Shown here: one piece after another, positions 50,476 to 63,669 of the stretch
Layout of the letters: each line of letters opens with the position of its first letter
Numbering within the stretch: the stretch's first letter is position 1
Assembly: GCF_004010195.1 (NCBI RefSeq)
Contig: NC_057751.1
Location: 19,430,535-19,494,534, forward strand
Reading direction: 5' to 3'
From: Chiloscyllium plagiosum
Lineage: Eukaryota
DNA length: 64,000 bases
Made by a program: the position numbers and the translations under genes
Notes under the pieces: model-generated
What the model was told of the DNA's origin: nothing
Seen by the model: only the letters and a program-made list of their open reading frames with translations
Databases searched by the model: none

Positions 50476-51562
50476 GTTTAATTTGATAATGTTTGCTAAT
50501 TAATCTTTAGTCTGCTAAGGATTAAAGATCATAAATTGGACTTGTAGTGTGGTGCACTTGCTCAACCTGGAAGCTGCACATGTTAATACAGAGCCCTGGT
50601 CTTTCCATATAGAAAAACATGCGCACACATAGCGTTTATTTCAACTTGTAAAATAAGTGACAACCATTTATGTGGTGCATTCGTCCAGGCAATGCCTAGA
50701 CCAATCATTGTCAATCTTGCCTGGTTTAAAATTAAATAAAGCCTGGCAATTAACTGTCAACTGCCATCTCATTAGTGCATTCTCTATGGCAGTGCCTTAG
50801 CCAGAGTCTGCTTGCCATCTAATCCTTATGCACTTCTCATACAATAAAAAATGTTGTTTCCCCTCTTACATTGGAATTCTTGTGTATGTGTACAAGATGA
50901 AAAGCTTTGACAAAAGTGCCCTTTTTCAAGCGATATTGAGTCAATACAATGACTATTGAACAGAACATTATGCTGAATGTCCACCTACAAGTGCAATTAC
51001 AGCAGAAATGAATTGTATGTTTCTTTTAGTCTGCTGAGTATATTTTGACCAAGCATTATATTTGAGTATCCAACCCAAGCTATTAGGAAATCCACAAGTA
51101 GATTTTAATATTTGTTTGCTTAGTATGGAGTATTTACTCTGTCCCCATAGGATCACATCCACATACCCAAGTCTCGTTTGTTTAATATGTGTGCGTGCAG
51201 AAGCACTGCTGCTTTTAATATCTTAACAGCACAGCACCAGCAAGATTCCTGCTGCTCATCCATCCAAAACCACCTTGCCTATTAGCTCATTAACTTGTAG
51301 ATTTGTTTGATAGAAGATAGGGAAAACCCTAGCCTCCAGAAATGGGGCCAACACTCAATGCGCTAAACTCTAACCATATACTCTGATTGCATACCTATCT
51401 GGCTCAATTATCAGATTATTGGTAGAGTGCCGTGAGTTTTGGTTTTGATGTTTAAGGATGAGCTTGGAAGTCTGTGCATTAATAGGTTTAAATAAGGGGA
51501 AAGTTAAAGGAACATTGAGCTTTGCAGGGAGACAAAATAAGTAGTAATAAGGAAAGCCAAGG

Positions 51563-53720
51563 TGTTTGGAGAAATGTAAATGTACCCCTAGTGTCTTGAT
51601 TGGTATGTTGTAATCATGTGATCTGCAGCTCTAATGTAAATGCCTTTGTGTGCAATCTTGATTTGATTTATTACTGTCACAAGTACCTAGGTACAGTGAA
51701 AAGTTTTGTTTTGCATGCAATACAGTTAGATCATACAAAGTGCAACAGGGTAATAGAATAGAGCTTTTCGGGGGGAGTGGGGCGGGGGTTTGAAGACACG
51801 ACACTTGAAACATGGTGTCAGTGGTGCAGCTGAAGATGTGTGGATTTTCAGAACTGAAGAGAGCCAGCTACTAAAAGAAATAGGAAGATTTTCTCAAAAT
51901 AAAGAACAACAATCTTCAACTTTTGAATTAACTTGTTGCAATCCGCTTGGGAAAGTGCACTGATTCTCGAGCCCCATGATGTTTGGGGTCACTACAAAAG
52001 TTAATGACTTCATCAAGATACATAAAGTCCCTAATTTACCTGTCTGATAGACTCTGGTTGACAGAAAACACTGACCCAGTTTGCGATATTTCAAGAGTGA
52101 TCTGACCAGAGCCTTATGCAAACTCATCAATACCTCTCTGCCCTTGTATTCTAACCCTCTTGAAATGAATGCTAGCATTGTATTTCCCTTCCTAACTGGC
52201 AACTGAAGTTTCATCTTAACCTTAAGAGAATCCTGATATAGGACTCCCAAATCCCTTTATGCTTCAGATTTCCAAAGCCTTTCCCCATTTTAGAAACCAG
52301 TCTATGCTTTTATTCTTCCTGCCCAAGTGCACAACCTCACACTTTTCCATGTTTTATTCCATTTGCCACTTCTTTGCCAACTCTCCTAGCCACTTCAAGT
52401 GATTCTGCAGCCTCACTGCTTCCTCAACATTAACTCTCCCTCCACCTATCTCTCCATCTAATTTCTGTGTCATCTGTAAACTTAGCAGCAATTCCCTCAG
52501 TTCCTTCATTCAAATCATTTTATATATAACATGAATAGTTGAAGTCCCAGCACTGACCCCTGCAGAAGGCCACTAGTCATCAGCTACATTCCTGAATAAG
52601 ACTCCTTATCCCCACTCTCTGCCAGTCAGCAGAAAGCATTGATTTGCACCTCAACACTGCTCCGAGTGCAAATCATACTATGCTGCTTGTGAAAGGCATA
52701 AAGGGTGGAGAAAGGTGATCTTGATGTTGAGATGGGCCTTGCCATACTTACACGCATCTTGCCATGACTTGAGGTTGCTCAGACCTGTATATGATTTTGC
52801 CCATAGAGTTCTACAGCTCAGAAAAACCATTCAGCCTGTTGTGTTCATGCTGGTGACCAACCACCTATCTACTTCAGTCCCATTTTCCAGAAGTTGGCTT
52901 GTAGCCTTGTATGCTATGGCATTTCAAGTGATCATCGAAATATTTCTTAAATGTTGTGATGGTTCCTGCGTCCTCCACCTTGTATTTTATGTAATGGATT
53001 CCAGCTATCCACCCCTTTCTGGGTGAAAGAATTCTTCCGTAAGTCCCATCAAAATCACTTGCCCTTTACCTTGAACCTATGCCCTCATTGATCCCTCCCC
53101 TATCTTCCCCCAGCCCACCACCACCCATCACTTTTCTCTGCTCTAACAAAAACAACCCCAGCTTATCTTGCCTCTCTTGATAGCTGAAACATTCCAGCCC
53201 AGACAATATCCTGATAAATCTCCTCTCGTGCAATCACATTCTTCCTGAAGTGTGGCGACCAAACTCTGCACTGTTTTCCAGCTGTGGCCTACCGTTGTGG
53301 ATACTTCAATCAATAAAACCCCCATGCTCTCGAATTCAGTGCCTTGACTAATAAAGGCAAATATCCCATCTGCCTATTTAACCACCTTTATTTACCTGTC
53401 CTGAATGATTCAGGAATGAAGAGTTCAATCATTTCATGAAGGATTGGGAAATTTAACACCATGCGTCATCTTTACATAATCCCCAGTCAAAAGGAAAAGT
53501 TGAAGCAGCAGTTCATCAAATTCACAAAAAGGATCATAATAAAGTTAAGCAAATACAGCTCAGACCTTTACAAGGCGTAAATGAAGGAGAGTGAAGTCAT
53601 GGAAAGTAAATAGTGCATGCAACCCATTTTCTCTCTCAAAATGGGGAATGTTTGGAGAAATGTAATCGGACTATTAGTGTACTGGCTGGCCTGCTGTCAT
53701 CTTGCAACCTCTACCTCACT
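51563..53720 (+). mobile_element. Heavily deleted Gypsy-type LTR retrotransposon with nested insertions
   Basis: Identical 17-mer LTR starts TGTTTGGAGAAATGTAA at 51563 and 53649; PBS-like TGGTGTCAG at 51813-51821; purine tract GGGGAA at 53643-53648; integrase remnant EEFNHFMKDWEI*HHASSLHNPQSKGKVEAAV at about 53418-53513. Confidence 0.6.
52080..53410 (-). mobile_element. Two CR1 fragments (about 52080-52630 and 52800-53410) nested in the Gypsy remnant
   Basis: Minus-strand MLAFISRGLEYKGREVLMSLHKALVR and a CR1 tail near 52805. Confidence 0.7.
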
Positions 53721-54358
53721 TTTAAAGCACCTTTTTAAAGGCTTTCACAGGCTTTGTTGAAAGCTTCAAACAAATGGGGGAATTACATTCCGAATGAGTT
53801 ACTGATACACTTGTGTAAAAATTGAGTTTCAAAGATTTAAAAACTATAAGTGAAAATTGGATCGTTTATCCAAATGGGAGGTTTTTTTGGTATTCCTGAA
53901 GGAGTGTGAGAAGTTATGTTGTTGCTGGATATAAGAACAATTGCAAAATGAAGAAACGACTGATTCTTTGGCAGCTGTGAGCAAATGAAAAGTGAGAAGG
54001 TCCCCAGTTATTAACAAAGACATAATATTTTTGGCTCTATTGAGGATTGTTGACCTTTAGAAATGCTTCAGCGAGTCAGGCTGGTGAATGTTTGTTTGAA
54101 CTGACAGGGTGTGATCATTCACTTAAAGATTATTTCCAGAACACAAACCAAACTGCTTCTGAGAGCTATTGGAATGGTACGGTTAACTCACTTATTCAGA
54201 GAATTTGTGAAATGGAAGAGTATTTCTTGTATTCTTTTATGTAAGGAAATAACAAATAAAAGATGCATACTCACCCAGTAAATGGTTAATTTTTGCCACT
54301 GTTTTTAAAATCTAAACCAGTTTTAGATCTTGGTATTAGATCTGATTTTGTTTTGTAG

Positions 54359-54566
54359 GCTGGGGTACCAACTGTCACCTTACCAACTCAACCTGTTCTG
54401 AACACCAACAGTGAAAGGATGAAGCAGGAAGATGCAAATGTGTTACAGCAGCTGTCTCTGCTGAATGGCTTAATCAAGACTATCCAGATGTACCGCAGTG
54501 CTATTCAGCAAATGAATGAAGCTCCTGATCAGGAGCAGCAGCAGCAGCTGCCACAGTGTTACCAAT
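54359..54566 (+). CDS. STAT6: STAT6-like coding exon 4: AGVPTVTLPTQPVLNTNSERMKQEDANVLQQLSLLNGLIKTIQMYRSAIQQMNEAPDQEQQQQLPQCYQ
   Basis: ttttgtag| acceptor and |gtgagt donor; 208 nt open frame, phase 0-1; linker followed by a heptad-like helix as expected for the coiled-coil start. Sequence similarity is low, so support is mainly structural. Confidence 0.7.
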
Positions 54567-55962
54567 GTGAGTACGACACAGATTTTGCAAAGTTAAAAAT
54601 ACCAATAAGTCTAATCTGAACTCTATATTAAAAGCTCAGTGAATTTATTACCCTGCTAACTCCTCAGATGAGTGAGTCAAACTCAATTTGGCAGCATTAA
54701 AGGATCAATTATTTACATCTTAGGTTAGGATATTTCAGATCTAGAAAAATTCTTAAAAAAAACTTCTGTATGCCAGTTAATCAGAATTCTTTATTATAAA
54801 TCCAGTTTATTTACATGTCGCATTCCTTATTGGAACTTCAATTAAAAATGAATGATGTGTGAAACGGGTCTGGAAAGAGTAAAGATTAATGTTTCTGGTG
54901 GAGAATTCTAATCACAAGATCATTGATGGAGAAGGATGTTACATGCAATGTAATGAGTTAATCCATAACGATCCTACAGTTCTCCTTTGCAGAATCCCTA
55001 TGGTTTTAAAGAGATTCCTTTTTTTTTGTCTCTGTTAATCTCTTCAGTAATTCAAGCCACCTGTTCACCACTCTAAGAATTCCGAATCTCTAACTTTTAT
55101 ATCTAACAGATTTTAGCAGTATAGTTCAATATCTACTGGCTTTTTTTGTTTTGCATCATTGGACATGCCAAGCATTTCCAGATATATCCAAGCATATCCA
55201 TTTAAGATATTTTAGTATCTCTCTTTCAGTGCTATTCATATTTTTCTGTCTCATGAGTGCACCACCGACCTGTTGTGCGTCTGCCCTCCCTCTCTTGTAC
55301 ATCTTTCTCTTGTGCATTTGCACCTCCCATGTGTGAACATTGTTTTCTATACCTCAAGTGCAGTCCCTTTTTATCTTGCCTGTGCTTCACCTCACCCCCA
55401 ACCCCATGCACATGCAGTTCAGTCTTGCTCTCTCATGCATGTCGCCTTGTGTGCAAACCTTTAATCAAATATCGTTTTCTTCTGCATACTTCTTTCTCTG
55501 CTCAGTCCCCGCGTTCCATGCAGTTACCTATTTTCCCTCTTCCACCTCCAAGATGTGCATATGTCTCTGTTTCTTTTGTTTCCCTTGTGTGTTTCCTTTT
55601 CTCAAGATGTGGAGGTGCTGGTGTCGGACTGGGGTGGACAGTTGTTTTTTATCCTTTTCTTAAGCAAGTTGCCTTCATATGCACAAACTTATAATCTTCT
55701 ATTCCCTCATTCTCCCCCGATGCATTTTCTCTTGTACGAATATTTCTTATCTCAACCTTTTTCACTTCACCATCCGATACACGTTTTTCTGTGTTTCACA
55801 GCAGGGGCAGAAGAATCTCAGTGGGCAGAATTATACCTGAGTGTTTTGCGTTGACTGGCTACAAAAGGAAATCAAATTAGATGAATGCACAAAAAGAAAA
55901 AATGTTTGTGCATGGTGATGTCTTCCTAGATCTCTGGATCATTGCATAATTGTTTATTTTAG

Positions 55963-56063
55963 CTCAGCACCACCTACAGCAAGCAAATAGTCCACTACCA
56001 GAATACACCAAGAGGGAGGAGCATGTAAACCAGCAGAAGACCACATGGGATGATCACAGAAGG
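55963..56063 (+). CDS. STAT6: STAT6-like coding exon 5: (S)QHHLQQANSPLPEYTKREEHVNQQKTTWDDHRR
   Basis: ttattttag| acceptor and |gtgagc donor; 101 nt, phase 1-0, which exactly bridges the flanking exon phases. Confidence 0.6.
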
Positions 56064-57344
56064 GTGAGCTAGCTCTGTTACTAGTTTTTAAAAAAAACAG
56101 TTGGATAACATTTTTGTAATAGCTTCTTGGAAGTGTAAACAAATCAAAGCCTTCTCCCAGAAATTGCCACCATTTGTAAATGAGCCCTTTTGTGTTTGCT
56201 TTGTATGTCTGCTTCCCACCAAATCATGGGTTTCCATGTATATTAAAATATGCAGCTGACCAAAAGGAAGCCTGTATCAATGTGTTTTGAAGTCCAAACA
56301 GAAGCTACTGAAATCCTTAAGTAGGGTTTTCATTTGCCTGATTACAGGTACTTGCTCCTTCTAGGGACGCACTACTTATCCAAGTCTCGAGAATTTAAAT
56401 GTTGAGTGACAAAGCAAGGCTTGGGTGTTGTGGCATCTAACAGCGGACTCCGGACAGTTTTACCAGTATTGAATACTGGGAAGTGGCTAAAATCTTCAGT
56501 TATATTGCTTAATATATTGGCTTGAAGGTTTATCTGAAGCCATATTGGATGAATTGACCCCTCCAGCTACCATGAATTAACGAGGTCAGCTGGTCAGTTA
56601 GGAACCTCCCCATGGAGTATCGTGGACTTACATATGTATCCTAATACTTCACCAACTCCGTCGTATGGGTTTGACTTGCCACCAATTTTCCATTTCAAAC
56701 CAACTTCATCCCAAATCGGTACTTTCTCTTCCCTGTCCTTCGTTTCCCCACTCTTTACAGAGCACCCTATATTGCGTTATGAACCTTCATGTTCTAGATA
56801 TCCAAGTCCAGTGCTATCTGCTCTCGCTCATAAACTGCCATATGTGTCCTGAAGAACTGTTTGAATTGTTGCATTTCACACATATGTGCTTTGTGCAATA
56901 ATCTTTTGTGCTTTTAGGGAAATGCGACTGTGAAGTCAGCAGCGTTACAATGAGACTGAAGTGGCATTAAGTAACTTTGCTCCCACACCTGCAGTATTGT
57001 ACTTGAATCTCTCCGATTCTTAACTAACATTCAGCAGTCTGTATGTATAGCCAAACCTGTGATGTACTAAGGTTGACCAAGGTGCAATTCATCTAATGTT
57101 GGCTCCGGTTGTTGGATTGAAGCTGATATAGCATGAATGTGCAATGCCTTGTACTCTTAGTCATTCGGTAAAAATGTTACACAAACTTGATTGCATTCCT
57201 GCTGTCTAAAGGAATTTTGAGCTTGCTTACAAATGATTGTAACTCTGTTAAATCCAAGAAAGGTTATTCCTCCCTTTTTTTAAAATCTGATTTTTGAATA
57301 ATCTGAAACTTTTTCACTGCTCCATATGTGAAACTTGGCTCATT

Positions 57345-57730
57345 TGATAGCGCATTCTTGGTCAGAAGGTTCTGGGTTTAAAGACTTGAGTTCATGAGCT
57401 TGACTGACATCTCTGTGGTGCTGAAGGAACACTCCTAATTCTTTGGGTGAAATTTTAATTTGACACTCTGTCTGCTCAGGTGAGTGCACTATTTGGCAAA
57501 AGGGCAGGGAGTTCACATGGTATCCTAGGTAAATATTCCTCCTACAAGCAGTATCAACAAAAATAAATTAACTGGTCATTTCATCTTATTGGTGTTTAAA
57601 GAGATTTGCTGTGCGCAAAATGGCTGCTGCATTTGCCTACATTCATCACCGCATTTCAAAGCAAACTATTATGTGAAGAACCTTGAGACGTTTCTGAGAA
57701 ACATAAGACGCAATATAATTGCATATGTTT
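57345..57730 (+). mobile_element. DeuSINE-like (SacSINE1-type) SINE in a STAT6 intron
   Basis: Head gtcagaaggttctgggtt; Deu-like gcagggagttc...ctggtcatt...ttgctgtgcgcaaaatggctgc; L2-type tail. Confidence 0.6.
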
Positions 57731-59799
57731 TTTACTGCGTGCCAACTTCTATTTGTGCTTCTGTTGATAAGCAGTCAAAACCATTTCTGAGCTTGAGCTG
57801 GTGAGAGTACTTTGCCCTAAGAGAAAGGGGAAGCCATTAGGCTAATTGCTTTAGTCGAGTATATTTGCAGCCCTAGAGTAGCATTGGTAGCTGGTGCTTT
57901 GTTTTTCCTTGTAAAAATGCATGGCAACAGATAAAAGACAGAGCTGTTTATACTTTCAACTGTTATGTTACTGCCACTAAACTGAAGCTTAATTAAGCAG
58001 TTTAGGAAGAAAAGTTGCTTGCAGGAGGGAAGAAATAATTTTGAGCTACTTGATGAATTCATGACTACATGGCAAGCATACTCGCTGGGAAAGTCTGTGC
58101 TGGTAGCAATTCTTGCAGATGACTGCAGAAAAACGTTTCAAGTGTAAGGGGTGATGGTGAATGTCTTTTCATCCATACCAGTTACCATTTGGCAGACTGC
58201 ATTGCATTTTACAAGAATTGCTGACTAGTTCACTGGCTGTAAATTCATGTCAAGCGCAAATCAAAGACTGCAGCATTAATGCATAATTTTTTTATATACG
58301 CAAGGGAAAGTTTGCACCTGGGAAACTGGCTATAATCTTCTAGCTGCTGCGGATTTGGTCTTAAATATTGAATGTCTTTAGATTAGCCCACCCCTTAGGT
58401 GTGTGTGCATTAAAGACAGCAGTACACAAGTAACTGCATACTTGCCTCCTTAACTTTTGTTTTCATTTTGATCAGAAACTTTGGTTTTTTTTAAAAAACA
58501 CATTCCTTCACAGTGTAACAATGGTTAATGAACAATACTTGTCCTTTTTATCTCTTCCTGTTCCATCCACTGCCCATACAGGAAAAAATCTCTTTTTCAG
58601 AAAGCACCTAACCTAGAATGAATTCATTTGAATACATTGTGTTTTTGTTTTTATTTTCTCCATATCTCCTCTTTACTAGGAAACAGCACCACCAGTTTGC
58701 CTCTGAGGTGAAGGGTAATAGTGCTTAGTGGAACATGTTAACATAGTTTGCGTTCAGTATCAACATGAAACATACTCTGATTAGGTGCAAAGCAAAGCTT
58801 CCTCTTAATCTTCCCTAGCAATGTGAATTAACATCAGTGTAATATGTTTCCTCTATTTCACAGATCATCTCCTCAGTAAGATTGCCAATTTGTACTAAAT
58901 TAGTTCAATGTCAATTTGGAATTGAGCTGTCTGCCTAGACTTATTTCATTTGGGACCCCAACAATGGCAAAGAGACCTTCATCCCATCAATCCAGGGCTG
59001 GATTTGGATATGTTTGAAAAAAACAACTTGATTGTATGCCCGTAATCACTGCTTCCCCATATATCATCCCTAAAGTAGTCCTACTTTGTAACAACAGTAC
59101 TACCTAATCTAAAGATACTTTTACCCAGAGCACCCTCCATTCCAAATGTACGTTTCTCCCCCTTTTGTCAGTATTTTGCATTAGAAGGAAACGGTCTTGA
59201 TGGTTTTTGAATTATAAACCCAGACTTTCGTGGGTTTTGCAAGTTGCTGTTGGATTAGGTGCTATCTGTTCTGGATGTGCAGAATAGTTCCAAACAGTTC
59301 CTTATTTGTGTTTAAAACGTTTTGCACTGATGCAATGATGAATTGGCAAAAATATAGTTAGATGCTTATCTTATCAGTTAAGGAGTGAACACCAATTTAA
59401 AGCTGGCACATTATGGTGTCTTTGACAAAGTAGAAAAATAGTATCCACAGAAAGTTGGCCTACTGTCATTAATAATAGTTTAAAAATGCAATTAGTCCTG
59501 GACATCTGTTGTTGACTGGGTTGTTCACTTGATCATACAGTACTTGGACTATTTAAAGTGAGGATCCTTTTGATGTGATGTGATAATTTTAAAAACTAGG
59601 GACCTGTTAGTTATATGGTTAAAGCTTCATTGAAGATTTTCAGCTGTCCCAGTGGTATAACCATATCTTATGACTATTTAGCCATTAGGCAGCCATTCAA
59701 AAGTGCTTGCTCGTTGAACTGAACCTGCTACAAATATTTACTTATGAGTAATTTTAAAAAATTTTTGCAAACGTTACATAGTACTGAATTGGCAATTGC

Positions 59800-60360
59800 A
59801 GCCAAATGCTTATATGGCACCTTATAGTGAAACGTCCCAAGGCACTTCACACAATTTGGGGAGGCGGTGGGGGTGATGGTTAAGACAACAGACATTGAGC
59901 TGCATTCAGCAGAAGGTACTGAAGGCACGAGGGTTTGAGATTTTTGTAGATGAAGAGGTGTGGTAGTTCACGAAAAGAATTGCAGACTAAGATTGTAATA
60001 GCTGAAGGTTCTGCTGTGAATGGTGGAATCGAGGGGGAATGTGGTAGGCTAGCATTAGAAGAACAGAGGGCATAAACCGAAACACAATGTTGGAGGAGAT
60101 TGCATAGGTAGAAAGGGCTGAGACTGTGAAGGGATCTTAAACTAAGGTAAAAATTTATGTTATCAGTGTATTGTTTAGGATTGAAGATTGTGCAGTCATT
60201 GAGATGAATGTGATAGGTGAATCATACTTGCCTGAAGGTAGAGTGTAGCAACACAAATTTGGATGAATTAGTGTGTGTGTGTGTGTGGATAAAGAACCTT
60301 GAATACTAGTAAAAAGGGGGCTCATGAAACTGAGTTTGGAGATGAAAGCATGAGTGAATA
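59800..60360 (-). mobile_element. Old L2-type LINE 3' fragment
   Basis: Reverse-complement L2 tail aacgtcccaaggcacttcac followed by degraded L2-like sequence. Confidence 0.45.
60272..60287. repeat. (TG)n microsatellite
   Basis: About 8 TG units. Confidence 0.9.
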
Positions 60361-60364
60361 TTTA

Positions 60365-60725
60365 AAGGGAGGCAATTTCCCAGTGGTATTATCACTGCAC
60401 TGTTAATCCAGAGACCCAGGAATGTTCTCTGGACCCGGGTTTGAATCTCACCACGGCAGATGGTGGAATTTGAATTCAATAAAAATCTGGAATTAAAAGT
60501 CCAGTACTAAAAGATGACCAGGAAATGATTGTCGATTTGTCAGGAAAACCTATCTGGTTCACTAATGCCCCTTAAGGAAGGAATTTGCCGTCCTTACCTG
60601 GTCTGGCCTATATGTGACTCCAGACATACAGCAATGTGATTGACTCTTAACTGCCCTCTGGGCAATTAGGGATGGACAATAAATGCTGCCTAGCGAATGG
60701 TATCCTCACCCCATGCATGAAGTTT
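60365..60725 (+). mobile_element. Full-length tRNA-derived SINE with Meta-like core and CR1-group tail
   Basis: B-box-like gggtttgaatc; core 60552-60625 atctggttcactaatg...ccttacctggtctggcctatatgtgactccagac; tail gggcaattagggatggacaataaatgc. Confidence 0.8.
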
Positions 60726-61708
60726 AAATAAAAGTTACTCTGGGTTGAAGTATGGATGGAGATGAAGCATGTTTGAGCTGGAAAATAGTGGTTTTTAGCT
60801 AAGAATTAGATTATTGTCATTCGATTTAGTTATGCACTGAGATTGTAAAATGATAGCAAAGTGGTTGGAAAGAGGATAGTTGTACAGATCATGACAGTCT
60901 TTGTCTTGCAAGTGCTGAGCTGGAGAAAGTTAATGATTGGGGAGCAGAAAAGAGGAGAAAATGGTACACATTATTTCAAAACAAAAAGCTCTCCAAGTTA
61001 AAATGGTTGTGGATCACTGTTTCATGTCTCCTTTTGATTCAAGGTGCAATCTTCCAGAACTTTAGGAATTCTAGATTACAGTTTAATATTACACACTATG
61101 ATGCAGAAATATTTAGAAAATTGTACAGAAAATTTACAGAAGGTTTATGAACTAAATTGTCACAGATGGTTGAGTCAGTTAACTAAATTGGATACAAATC
61201 TTCCATTCAAACAGCCTTGCAAACTGAAAGGGATTGGGAGAAGGGATGAAGCCTCAAACTAATTTGTCGCACGCTTGAATGTGTGCCTCCCAATAATCGC
61301 ATACCTCATGACTTTTTTTTTAAATTTTAGCTTTGCTTTGCAGTTCACCAAGAGTTTCATGTGGTCTGCTGTATGACCAGTACATATGCAGAAAAATCTG
61401 TCTAGCCAACATGCCAACAAAATTAGAAATTTTGAATGGTGGCTCCCCTTTACCTTTTTTAAGCTTTGCCTGACACTAAATATTGAATAGAGGCTATTGT
61501 GTTTCTGCAGATTGCATTACATTTGAGCATGAACAGAGAAGCTGGTCTCAGTCTTATTGCTCAGCTCTAACAGACCTATGGAGAGAACAAAATACACTGG
61601 GGTACACAAGCTGTTTGAGTGTTGCTCCCTGGGACCATTTTAATAGGGTAAACATGCCTTAAGGCTAACAATGAATCTTTTTGGGTTTTTTGAATGGCTT
61701 TTTAACAG

Positions 61709-61857
61709 AAGAGAAATTACAGCATCTTGGAAGCGGTGAGATCTCTGGAACAGGTCCAGGGCCTTGTGCTGAATATGATTCAGGACTGGAAACGACGACT
61801 ACAGCTGTCAGGAAATGGTGCCTACTTTGAGGACAACCTGGGGTCACTTCAGGAATG
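61709..61857 (+). CDS. STAT6: STAT6-like coding exon 6: KRNYSILEAVRSLEQVQGLVLNMIQDWKRRLQLSGNGAYFEDNLGSLQE(W)
   Basis: tttaacag| acceptor and TG|gtgagg donor. The coiled-coil motif WKRRxQLxGNGAxFE matches STAT6 ([26 protein letters not shown]) better than STAT5 ([24 protein letters not shown]). Not in the ORF track in this frame. Confidence 0.9.
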
Positions 61858-63669
61858 GTGAGGAACCAGATTCAGTCCATTTGGTGCACAGTATTTTACA
61901 AATAAATCGGCACGTAGGCGCAAATGTCAAATTGAGACACACTGAATTGCAGTTGATCACTGGAAATTCCTACTTATTCATAATTAATTATAGAAATTTT
62001 GTTTGAATGATGGATTATTAGATTCTTTCATGACGTCAGTGTTGCAGAAATACAAATAAGTTAAGTGAAATTTGACACACGCATTGCCAAATCAATTTCT
62101 GTTAAATGATGGTCTTGTAGTTGATGGCTTATTTTGAATAAAATATGGAAAAAAAATCTATGGACATTATTTCAAATTTTGTGCCTCGACTGCTACCCTA
62201 CCAAAGGGCTACCCAGCAAGAAACAATTTCAACCCTGCTCAAATTTAGTGATGTATTTATGTATTGAGTATCTTGCCATATTAAAAATTGTATGTGGTCC
62301 TCATCACTGGTGTTAAATTTTATTGAAATTATTCAAGTTATTTTATTGTATGAAAGTAAATGTGGCCTAGTCTAATTGTTATGAATTCATCACCATTTTC
62401 CTATTTCTTTCTGGCTGCTCTCAGTTGCTTCAAGTGGGGGGAGAAAATACAAAATCCATTCTAAACCTGTTCTAATATCCTTGTTTTAAACTCCCACTTG
62501 CCTCCAGCAAAGGTTGATGATCTTGTCTCTTTGACTTGTGGCTGTCATTGAATTTGCAAATCTCCAGCTCTTCCCTTTTCCGAGGGAATTCCAATCAGCT
62601 TGAGATCAGGGGTTTGAGCAGTTAGTGCTATTGCTGGACAACAAGGTAACCAATGGGGTAGCACCACTGAAAACAGACATAATGGCATGGCGCTGGCGGT
62701 TTAAACTCCTGGTGTATCACTGTTGCATGCATTGAGTCAGAGTGGAAAATGGAAAACTGCTAAAGTCACAACATTGATACCAGACCAGCTGTAGGACTGC
62801 AAGTACTGTACTGACTTGCAGGCTACCTGATCGACTAGGATATTGGTGCTAGAGACTTCAAGTGAGCAGGACTCGATCGGCAGAAATTTCCATGCCTCAA
62901 AATCTTTATTTGTTGAGTCTCTGTACTTTAATATATTAGAGAATTTATTTTACTATCAGAATGCAACCTTTATTACTGTTTGTGAATTTGCAAGTTCTAT
63001 AAGTCTTTTATATGTTCACCATGCCAATTAATTCAGGAGTTGGTGATACAGAGTTATTTGCAGTCAGATGTTTTAGCATTTCAAATACCAGTGGGATTCC
63101 TTGCTGAACTATAGAAAGAGTGCTCCTCTCTCTGAGCAGGTAGCATTTCAACTTTCATTATGGTTCTTACAAGGTCTTGAACTAGAACAAATAGTTCTGG
63201 ACTTCTGTATAGTTCTTGTTTTGGTTATGGTTTTTAAGTTTATCATGGTGACACTTCACAGAGAAATACTCATTTTCTGGGCTTGCCTTGCTGTTCACAT
63301 AAACTTAACCAAAACAAGCCTGAATATATAGCTTTGATAAGTTCCAGTTTTTGAACAGAACTGGATTCTTAAAATTAATTGTTTTAGTTTCGGCCAAAGT
63401 GGGTCTTCTTTAACGTATTGCAAATGAGTTGCAAGCAGAGCTATTTATTATAAACCTGCGCCTGAATCTTCTCAATTTGTCATGTATAAAAGACAGTGTT
63501 GTAAATTGCAGTTTTTACCTGATTTAGCTCGCTTCAAATTAGGTTTAGTAACTTTTATCAAATATGCTTCATTTCCTCAGTGAATATTTTCAGGATGTAG
63601 AATTAACATCTTTTTTCAATTTCTATTCCCCCCCACCGAATTTTACTATCTCCTGTCCTGAATTGTTGG

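Noticed and set aside
50690..50915. A fifth hammerhead family in the repeat shared (inverted) with about 47850-47980
   Set aside because: Only a gatgaaaagctttgac remnant is visible and the CTGAnGA core is absent in this copy.
55802..55860. Acceptor-like site after a long pyrimidine-rich tract as a STAT exon
   Set aside because: Phase-1 readings hit stop codons before a credible donor; 55963-56063 fits better.
58680..58714. Micro-exon candidate (ctttactag|...|gtaata)
   Set aside because: The phase needed after the 56063 donor gives an in-frame TGA.
61044..61262. ORF after an AG as an additional STAT exon
   Set aside because: No STAT similarity and a weak donor; the exon chain is already in frame without it.
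375..63331. Most short ORFs in the supplied track as host genes
   Set aside because: They are antisense or off-frame translations of repeats, or chance ORFs with alternative starts.
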